This document shows positions 53,841 through 64,000 of a stretch of 64,000 nt of DNA, piece by piece; the stretch's first letter is position 1, and each line of letters opens with the position of its first letter. The translations under genes and the position numbers were made by a program. This DNA comes from Octopus vulgaris (taxonomy: Eukaryota). The stretch is from positions 37,076,001 through 37,140,000 of the forward strand of contig OX597831.1 in the NCBI GenBank assembly GCA_951406725.2, in the 5' to 3' direction. The notes beneath the pieces are model-generated. The model ran no database searches. It was not told where the DNA came from and was given only the letters and a program-made list of their open reading frames with translations.

Positions 53841-54248
53841 TATTCAAAGAAATTCCAGCTCTGTTTTTATGTTTAATTTATATACTTTATATATATATAT
53901 ATGTATGTATGCATGTATATGCATATATATGTACGTATGTATGTATGTACGTCTGTGTTTTAGCATAAATGAGTGTATAATAGTATTTAAAGTTTCCGCG
54001 CACTCGGATGTGCCTGGGTAGCAAAATTCTCATTATAGAGGATGTATGTGATGACTAGCCATTGGACCATGAATAACGGCATTGAACTTTAGAGTGCATG
54101 TGTTTCTGCGCTGTTGTGTTCCATTAACTTCGCACACCGAATCCGCCGCAAACCTCGTTGAAGGTAGATTAAACTAGACGTACGCAAAACAGGTTTCATT
54201 GAAATATTTGTGTGCAGAATTTTATTTAACGTGTCATGTATACATATA

Positions 54249-54351
<103 letters not shown>

Positions 54352-54636
54352 AGGCACATGGTCTAGCGGTATGAGCAGCGGACATGAGGTCGAGGGATCG
54401 CGGGTTCAAATCTCAGACCGGGTGATGGTGTGTGTGTTTATGAGCGAAACACCTTAGCTCCACGAGGCTCCAGCAGAAGGTAATGGCGAACATCTGCTGA
54501 CTCGTTCGCCCCAACTTCACTCTTTCCTCCTGCATCTTGCAGCTCACCTGCGACGAACCGGCGTCCCGTCGAGGTGGGGAACCTATACGCTAAGGAAACC
54601 GGCCTTTATGAGCCAGGCATGGCTTGATAGGAACAA
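54352..54636 (+). mobile_element. SINE (C-like head, alternative tail)
   Basis: TGGTCTAGCGG / GGGTTCAAATC boxes; homologous to 39541-39843. Confidence 0.82.
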
Positions 54637-54652
54637 AAAAATTATATATCCA

Positions 54653-54725
<73 letters not shown>

Positions 54726-56218
54726 TCACGTCGCCTAGTTGTTAAAATGTTGCACTCAAGGTCTCTAGGTTGTGGGTTGTGTTTTTGACCAAATCACATC
54801 CTTTGAGGTTGGTCCAATTCACTCATCTGTTAGTGGGTAACCCTGCGACAGACCAGCTTTCCATTCCACGCCAAGCTAGCGGGGATATCATCTTTCGAAA
54901 GCTAAAGCAATGCAAAGCACATCGTGACAACATTCTAAAGCCTGGTCGATCATGTGATCACATATCATCACCCCCCCACACACACAAACACACACACATA
55001 TGTAAGATTCAGTTGAATTAGCTACTTAAGTCGTGGCACCACATTAGATCGGAATAATATACACACGCAACAATATTAAGTAAATATCAACTTTGGTACA
55101 TAAGTACCGTGACAGAATGATATTCCTGTATTACTTGCAGTCAATTCGACCCATCTAAGTATGTAATCCGCTCCTGAGCTATTCAGACATGTATATTTTA
55201 TGAAATATACCGCCCATACTATACTCCAGAATTTGTGAACGGCATGCTCCGAGATAGGTGAATAAAATGTAAATAATGAATTGACACCTGTTTTTCAATT
55301 GTTACTTATTTATACATATATGTACATGTGTGTGTGTGGGTGGTAGATATGCATGTATGAATGCATGTATGAATGTATGTATGTATGTATGTATGTATGT
55401 ATGTATGTATGTATGTATGTATGAATGTATGCATGCATATATGTATGTATGTATTTATACACATGTGAATCTACAACAGTCTTTGTAGATTCATTTTCTG
55501 TATATTAATCCCATTTCGGAATACCTGTTGTCTAGTTAACGTATTGCCCTCTTAAATAATTTATATGAAAAACCTATCAGAAGAGAATCCTGGTTTTTAT
55601 TTTACAGCTTATTTGTTTGTTTATGTATATTTTCTCGATGTTCGATGTATTTTGTGTTTTAAAACTTGCTTCTGTTTGTATTGACGTGAATAAAAATGGC
55701 CGTTTGTAAAACCGATTAGCAAACCTTGAATAATACATCTCCTCAGCTCTCTCTCTCCCTCTCCCTCTAACTCTCTCTCTGGGCGTTTTGAATGAATGTG
55801 TCTTTCAGTAATCTGCGCTGTAATCAAGCTTTCATTTTTTTTTCATAGATTGACAATTTCGTTTGGTTACTCTCATGGTAAATTGTATTTAGAAGAGGCA
55901 TGAGAGTCACAACTCATCTATTTTTTTTTTGTTAAATGTTAATAGAAATAGTCGGTTATTCAGACAACACATACATACAAACATACACATGTATACATAC
56001 ATACATACATACATACATACATACATACATACATACAAAAATACATACATACATACATACATACATACATACATACATACATACATACATACATACATAC
56101 AAAAATACATACATACATACATCGTTTCTTTACCCCTCTGTCCGGCATTCGCCATGTAGCTCGCTATCCACTAAATCTTTTTCTATTTACCCCCCTCCCC
56201 CTGTTTATTTCTGTGTTG

Positions 56219-56254
56219 CTTTCTGTTGAAGAGCGTAGGCTCGAAACGTAAAAG
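56219..56254 (+). ncRNA. A6U-family hammerhead-like motif
   Basis: cttt-CTGTTGA-a gagc gtag gctc-GAAA-CG-TA-aaag. Confidence 0.65.
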
Positions 56255-56875
56255 ACTTTCTCACTTCCCGAGCGTTAAAATTATACATCCGTTTGCTGTT
56301 TATACACCCGTCTTCGTCTTTTGTGTTTATTTGTAAATTCTCACTACATACATACATGCAGGCATTCGTCTATATATATATATGCATTAAATAGATTTTC
56401 TCATATCTGTTTGTTTATCTATCTCTCTATCTATCTATCTCTCTATCTATCTCTCTCTATCTATATATATCTATATATATATATATATATATATATCTTC
56501 CTGTCAGTCTCTGTATGTGTGTATATGTGTGTCCATGTATGCGTTTGTATATATTCGTGTGTGTGTGTGTGTGTTTATGTATGTGTGTGCTATGCCGCTT
56601 TTATTACTTAAGTGACACCAAAAAGATGTGGATATTTGATGCTTGTGTATGCAAGCGTATATGTATATATTTTTAATTATAGATAAGTGGATATCGTTAT
56701 ACACACTCGTAGAGATACGCACACATACACACTCGCACGCACCCACCCACACATAGACACGCAAACATCACTAAGATAATGAATCCATTGAGCTCGATTT
56801 GATTCCTTGAATAATACGTCTCGTCAGCTCTCTCTCTCTCTCTCTCTTTCTCAACATTTTGTATGAATGTGATAT

Positions 56876-56931
<56 letters not shown>

Positions 56932-57876
56932 GTATGTACGCGTATATACATGTTTGGTTCTATTCGTGAATATCTGTTTTCACATATGAGTGGGTGTATA
57001 TAAGCGTGTAAGCATATAAGTGTGCAAATGTTTGTGTTCGTCTCTAGAAGCTCTCAAACACACAAGAAATATAAATCGATAGAAGAGTACTGATATACAA
57101 GAGAGCAACGATTCTAAATGACTATGCCAGCCATACAAAATATTAAATGAACAAGCAGGCTCGCAATTGTTAGAAATCTATAAGACATCTATTAGCTAAA
57201 TCATTTGCATTAATAGTCAAACCTCAATACTTTTCCCAACAAGTTTACAGTGGCTGATCGCTGTTCACTCCCATTTAAAAGTTTTCTGCTACTTGAGCAG
57301 AGCATAAATCTTTTACATCAGTCAACAGAATTGACAAATCCCCTGATAGATTGGAACAAACTCCAATATCCATTTTGGAAAATACACTAAGGAAATCTTA
57401 CAGACAGATTTAATCAGAACAATCTGACAGCTATCACTTTCATAGATAAGTTCTTTCCTTCTATCGCTTCACTTTATATATCAAGTTCTCGATAAAATAG
57501 GGAGACATTTGTCTGATGTGTTTGCTTTAAGGGACAACTGCTGTCTCATCAAGCTGTTCTCTTGTAGATGGAGCCGCCTAAATGTTAAATGGTCCAGCAC
57601 CACCACCATCAACTGTTATAAAAAGACAGCAATGCTAGTATTAGATTGATCAATTGAATCTTCAATTTGGCAAGTTTAACAATATAAAGGCGTTTATTTA
57701 TTCTTTTTCCTTTTCTTTTCTTTTATATTATATTTTTTTGATATCTTCCAAGACGTGATATCTTTATGCGTATTTTCTAATTTTTATATTTAAATTAACT
57801 TCTTTCTTCTCTTGTGAACTTGAAGTCATTTGTTAATATAAAAAATAGTTTATACTCTCAGGCATTCTCTATCTCA

Positions 57877-58272
<396 letters not shown>

Positions 58273-58274
<2 letters not shown>

Positions 58275-61200
58275 TTCTTTTATTAGCCACAAGGGCTTAC
58301 ATTAATCAACATAACATTACATGACACAAACATAAACGGCAACACGAGACGATACAATGGGTTTTCGAATCGAGTAAACATTATAAAAAAAAATAGGGGA
58401 AGGCGCTTTAAGGTCCTCGTGGAAAAACCCCACGAAAGCCACGGGTGCCTGATCAAAATGGCAAGAGCATTTCTTCTTTTATCTTTCGCAGTTGTACGCT
58501 CAGAATTGGTCCTTTCACACTGGTCATTCTTTCGACATTCACCCACTTTTCCACAAACTTGTTATAAGGTGACACTTCCCTCTCCACTCACAACTTCCCT
58601 TTCAAGTGAAGCTTGAAAAAGTTGATGAGGGCTTGGCCAAAGAGGAAAAGATCTTACTTTTTCACTTTCAGACAAGTTCATCATACTGCCAGTTTCGCTA
58701 CAGCCATCTGACAAATTAAAACAGCCCTGGCCTTCCCGTCCAAAGGAGGGCGGTGGAACAATCTTCACTATGGATTCACCTGGATCCGTCCTATACGCGA
58801 CAGCACGTGTTCGACATAAACTCACAAGTCAGCAATAATTTGACACTGGACGAGGGCCTGCAAAACGGTTTCATCGTTCTGGGCGCACCTGAAGCTGCCC
58901 CAGCTGAAGGCACTTCCGTGCCTGTAAAGTTTATCTCGAATGGGCAGCGCCGCACTGTCAGGCAAGGAATTTCTGGAAGTTATCCATAGGCCCAGGCCTG
59001 AAAGTTCTCCGAAACAGACCAGTTAGTTGATCCTCGTCACCGCCTGGAGTTTCTCCGAGAACGTCGTAGCACTTCGCCTCCATTAAACCTTTATAGAACG
59101 ATGGAGGGGAACTACCACCGACTGCATTGCCCGCCTGGCGAAGACCTGTTAGTTCTTGATGGCACTCATAGCTCCAGGCACCCGCCTCAGTCTACGCCAA
59201 ATCCAGGACTGCAGCTCAGTCACAGAGAAAAGCTGTGGAAAAGTGAGTCTTATAAGCGGTGACCACACCTGCTCACCGTCAAGGAAACGCTGGAGATGCC
59301 GTAGCCTGAGTGCATGTCTGCGTATCAGCAACCACGGCATGCCCAGCCCTCCATTCACTGGCTGTTGACTGGAGATGAAGCGCCTGGCCAGTGGAAAGCG
59401 TCCATCCACAGAAAGCGGAAGAGTAAGTGCACCAGCTTAGTCAACCATCAAACGGGGCAAGGGACGACGGTCAAGATGTAATAGATGACGAATGCGATGT
59501 ACGTATTCTCCACCTCCGCTTATTTATGGGTGAGATTGTCTACCCTGGTCGTCACCTCGTCCCAGCTTTTCTCCACTTGGAAGTCTGGACCGAACCAGAC
59601 GCCGAGAAATTTAACCAGACTGTCTGTCCAGTGCCTCATGACGCAGTTGGCTCTTCAGGTTCCACTTCAAGTGCCGCGTTGCAAGCCCACGTTAATATTT
59701 GTTCCTGTCAACTCTTCATATTCTTTTAGTGTGTCGCCAATTAGATCTATATCCCTGTGGCTCGACACTATCGACACTATGACAGTGACACCGTCAGCGT
59801 AAGCAGACACACTTCTCCCATATACTAGATCGCGCAGGACACCCTTCAACGTGTCCAGATTCCGCAGTAATCATACAGAAGGGAGGAGAGAGGAAATCCT
59901 TGAAGGACCGACCGCAAGATGCTGAATGGTTCCCACAGGTGACCATTCACCCGAACAACCGGGCAGATGCCACTGTATGAAGCAGCGATCCAACTGCGGA
60001 AAACCGGAACCGAAACCGGCTGCCCGAAGGACAGCTGCCAAGTATCGTAGGCTTTAGATTGACCTAAATTGATCAGAGCATGGGTGGGGCTCTGATCAAT
60101 TTAGGTCAATCTGATAGTTACCCACTATCTCTATGATGTAGCGCATAATGTGGAGGTTGTTGCGAATACTTATGGTTGAGATGGCAGATGCATGCGCCTC
60201 GCCAACTAGCTTGTCCACGACAAGCGCCAACTTCTTGGCTAACACCTTGGCCAAAATCAACCTCGGTACTCGAACAGTCCTAGTTGTTTGGATCGGGAAG
60301 GGGTTTTCTCTGGGTCTTGGTCAATTTTTGGGGTTCATTTTTTACTGTGTGCGCCAATTGGTGGTGGTGGTATCCCTGGCAGTGGCTCGACACTATCGTA
60401 GCGTCTTGATTACGGCTGAAGGTGTACACCGTCAGCGTAAGCAGACACACTTCTCCCATATACTAGATCGCGCAGGACACCCTTCAACGTGTCCAGATTC
60501 CGCAGTAATGACTCAAGAGTCACTTCATACAGAAGGGAGGAGAGAGGAACTCCTTGAAGGACCGACCGCAAGATGCTGAATGGTTCCCACAGGTGACCAT
60601 TCCACCCGAACAACCGGGCAGATGCCACTGTATGAAGCAGCGATCCAACTGCGGAAAACCGGAACCGAAACCGGCTGCCCGAAGGACAGCTGCCAAGTAT
60701 CGTAGGCTTTAGATTGACCTAAATTGATCAGAGCATGGGTGGGGCTCTGATCAATTTAGGTCAATCTGATAGTTACCCACTATCTCTATGATGTAGCGCA
60801 TAATGTGGAGGTTGTTGCGAATACTTATGGTTGAGATGGCAGATGCATGCGCCTCGCCAACTAGCTTGTCCACGACAAGCGCCAACTTCTTGGCTAACAC
60901 CTTGGCCAAAATCAACCTCGGTACTCGAACAGTCCTAGTTGTTAGGATCGGGAAGGGGTATTTTCTCTGGCTCTTGGATTTTTGGGGTTCATTTTTTACT
61001 GCTGCTACTGCTGTTGTAGCTGTTGGTGGTGGTGGTACTCAAGCGGGTGGTAGTGGTACTCCGGCTGATGGTGGCTTTGTTTTTGGCGTTGGTAGCGTCT
61101 TGATTACGGCTGAAGGTGGTGTCGCAGTTGCTGTTGCTGCTGTTGATGATGGCGTTGGTGTTTGAGTGGTCACTGGTTTCTGTTGCTGCTGTTGTTGTTG

Positions 61201-61400
61201 CTGCTGCCCTGGAGGTCCCCCCGGTTCTGGTGTCGGCAGAAGGGCCGGTCGCCTTTCTTTCTTAGGGCAGTCGACACTGAGGTAGCCTTGGTCATCACAA
61301 AAATAGCAACTCGGCCTCCTGCCCTCCATAGGCACGTATAGTCTAGTGCCGTCAGGCAGGTTTATCGAGTGAGGGTTTGAACTTAAGGTCTCTTGTTCAT
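58273..61400 (-). mobile_element. Rearranged, degenerate L1/Tx1-clade LINE (ORF1 zinc knuckle, RT and C-terminal remnants, 3' UTR)
   Basis: CYFCDDQGYLSVDC knuckle; ILAKVLA; ALINLGQSKAYD; RSVLQGVPLSSLLY..LE.L; SAYADG; GGLGMP; ends in (TAA)n. Confidence 0.8.
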
Positions 61401-61419
61401 TTTAAACGAGGAGCTCTTA

Positions 61420-61710
61420 GCTGTAGGCAAAAAGTGCATTGGGATGTTAGCCAAGTGTGTGTCTTCTAAACAATAGATAAGTGTTATAAACACGAACCAG
61501 AGGCTGTGACAGAAAATGAGAATCTAAAGATTTTGTGGAATATCCCTGTAAAGACTGACCATATTGAAGCAAGAAAACCGGATGTAATCATAGGGGACAA
61601 AATAAACAAACATATATTTTGCAACACTCTATGATAGAAGAGTCAATATCAAACATATCGGTAAGATTGAGGAATATCAGAATCTTCTGAGAGAACTGAG
61701 ATTCTCGGTG
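61420..61710 (+). pseudogene. R4/Dong-clade LINE restriction-like endonuclease fragment
   Basis: YKHEPEAVTENENLKILWNIPVKTDHIEARKPDVIIGDK...KIEEYQNLLREL. Confidence 0.7.
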
Positions 61711-62317
61711 GAATTTCAACACAGAACCTAGAATCGAAACATAGAATCGCAACGCATTTTGCCCCAAATATGTGATGATTTTGCCACGTCTTTCAACGTT
61801 TCCAATTCTGCCACAAAACCAGTAATTTTGAGGGTAAGGAATTAAGGGATGCCTTTGACCTCTAGTACTTTGATGGTACTTTATTTTATCGACCCTGAAA
61901 AGATGAAAAGGGAAGCTTATGTAACTGAATAAAAGTCATATACGCACGCTTTGCTCATGCTTCTGTTAACAGGGTGTATATAGATTGCAAGAATGTGAAA
62001 AAGAGGGAAAAATAGCGAGAGGAAATACAAGGATGATGGAGAAATAACGGAAATTCCACTCCGCTACATCATTACAAATGGAATCATTATTTCGCTGCTT
62101 CAGGGTCTGAAGAAAAAGTAATTAACAACAAATTAAAGTTTACTGCCACCGTCTTACCTGTCTGAGGCATCGACCGCAATAACAAAAACAAGTCTAATGT
62201 GATCTGTAGTAATAATTTCATCATTATCTTCAGCAACAACAATAAGCAAAGTAAGAATGGCAATGACACCCGTAACAACACTATCTTCGTTACTGCCAGA
62301 AGCCGTGCTTGAATTTT

Positions 62318-62502
62318 GCGCATGCGTGACTGTGTGGGAAGGAGTTTGCTTCCTGACCACATGGTCCTGGGTTCAGTCCCACTGCGTTGCACAAGGGAAA
62401 GCGTCTCCTACTATAACTTTAGGCCAACGAAACCTTTACAGATGAATTTACATGTATACACGTATATATAATATATGTATGTCTATATACATACATATAT
62501 AC

Positions 62503-62552
<50 letters not shown>

Positions 62553-62680
62553 CTACATGTGTCTGTTTTTGTCCCTCCAGCATCGCTTGACAACAACCGA
62601 CGTTGGTATGCTTATGTCCCCGTAAATTAGAAGTTCGGCAAAAGAGACCGATAGACTAAGTACCGGGCTTACAAAGAATA
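62318..62680 (+). mobile_element. Degraded SINE family B
   Basis: Head and tail homology around an internal (TA)n. Confidence 0.75.
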
Positions 62681-62756
62681 TTAAACGATACAGGATAAAT
62701 GACATCAAAAGATATCTGAGATCATTGACCCCGCAGTTAATATTATCAGAAGCGAA

Positions 62757-63355
62757 GGCGGCGAGCTGACGAAACGTTAGCACGCTGGGCGAAACGCTTT
62801 GTGGCATTTCGCCCGCTGCTGCTTTCTGAGTTCAAATTCTGCCGAGGTCGACTTTGTTTGTCATCCTTTCGGGGTCGATAAATTAAGTACCAGTTACGCA
62901 CTGGGGTCGATGTAATCGACTTAATCCGTTTGTCTGTCCTTGTTTGTCCCCTCTATGTTTGGCCTCTTGTGGGCAATAAAGAAATATGAAACGTTAGTAC
63001 GCCGGGGGAAATGCTTAGAGGTATTTCGTCTGTCTTTACTTTCTGAGTTCAAATTCCGCCAATGTCGACTTTACCTTTAATCATTTCGGGATCGATTAAA
63101 TAAGTATCAGCTACGCATGTAATCGACTTAATCCCTTTGTTTGTCCCCTATATTCTCGCCCCCCTGTGGGCAATAAAGAAATAAATATTATCAGTAACAA
63201 TTGTGAGAAGCTAGCAGAATCGTTAGCACGCCGGGCAAAATTCTTAGCGGTAGTCTGTCTGCCTTTACGTTCTGACTTCAAATTCCACCGAGATCGACTT
63301 TGTCTCTCATCCTTTCTGGGTCGATAAATCGACTAATCGACTGGCTTCCTCCCCC
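62757..63355 (+). mobile_element. SINE A dimer with TSD (62757-63183) plus a third, older unit
   Basis: aatattatcag flanks both sides of the dimer (~62739 and ~63185). Confidence 0.82.
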
Positions 63356-64000
63356 ACAAAAATATTACGCAACAGTTATCAAGTGTTGCTAGCCAGATGT
63401 TCTTTAGAACTTGCCTTTTACAAGACGCTGGTTTTTTTTATCAAGACGAAATATTTAAAGCTGTTCGTAAATATTCGGTGAGCCATTTTGTAACATAGAC
63501 ACGATTAAGATGATTCTACATATACTCTGTGGAGTTCTTGTGTACTTCAGATCAATAAGCACCACAAAGACACATACACATACACACATGCAATCCCATC
63601 CAAATAGTAGCTTTTTAAAAGCATTTATCAAGACAAATGATACATCGCAACACAATCCAATACATACATACACAAAAATGTGTGTGTGCGTGTGTGTCTA
63701 TTATGTTCATACATACATATATATATATATATATGTATGTATGGACACACACCATACACACACACGCAAATATATGCTTATGTATGTATATGTGTATATA
63801 TGTGTATGCACGCACACACATATACACATTCTCTCACAATTTCCAAAATCTAAGCAATAAGAAATAAAATATATATGTTATGAAGTTAAATAATGCCCCA
63901 TAAAAAATTGTAAATATAATATTTACTAACTTTACTAACTTTATAAGTAAAAGAAACTTTCACTTACATACATGGACATATGCGCCTGCATGTGCGTATG

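Noticed and set aside
57150-57670. Possible very old PLE RT remnant
   Set aside because: Only vague similarity by eye; needs a profile search.

Overview
AT-rich, microsatellite-saturated eukaryotic DNA, intronic or intergenic. The SINE families and (TA)n/(CA)n/(TAA)n load look like an octopus (cephalopod) genome, but that is inference. Almost all listed ORFs are microsatellite artefacts. Real coding remnants: a young Penelope-like element (PLE; RT plus C-terminal GIY-YIG, Neptune-type Cys linker) with a 1.27-kb inverted arm, two CR1-clade LINE fragments, a rearranged L1/Tx1 LINE, an R4/Dong-type endonuclease fragment, maT/mariner and Merlin transposase relics, several MITEs and about 30 tRNA-derived SINEs. 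One CpG-rich, signal-peptide-like exon (minus strand, ~31.7 kb) may be the only host-gene sequence. The main hidden signal is about 20 minimal type-I hammerhead ribozyme (HHR) motifs from roughly ten unrelated sequence families. Many sit in short fold-back or tandem non-autonomous elements next to simple repeats. They include unusual cores (U3-A8 covariation, a four-copy family with CUGUNGA/A6U, ~55-105-nt stem II insertions) and one element joining a tRNA-like Pol III head to a hammerhead-bearing tail, a candidate PLE-mobilised SINE. All folds and alignments were done by eye, and ribozyme activity is untested.
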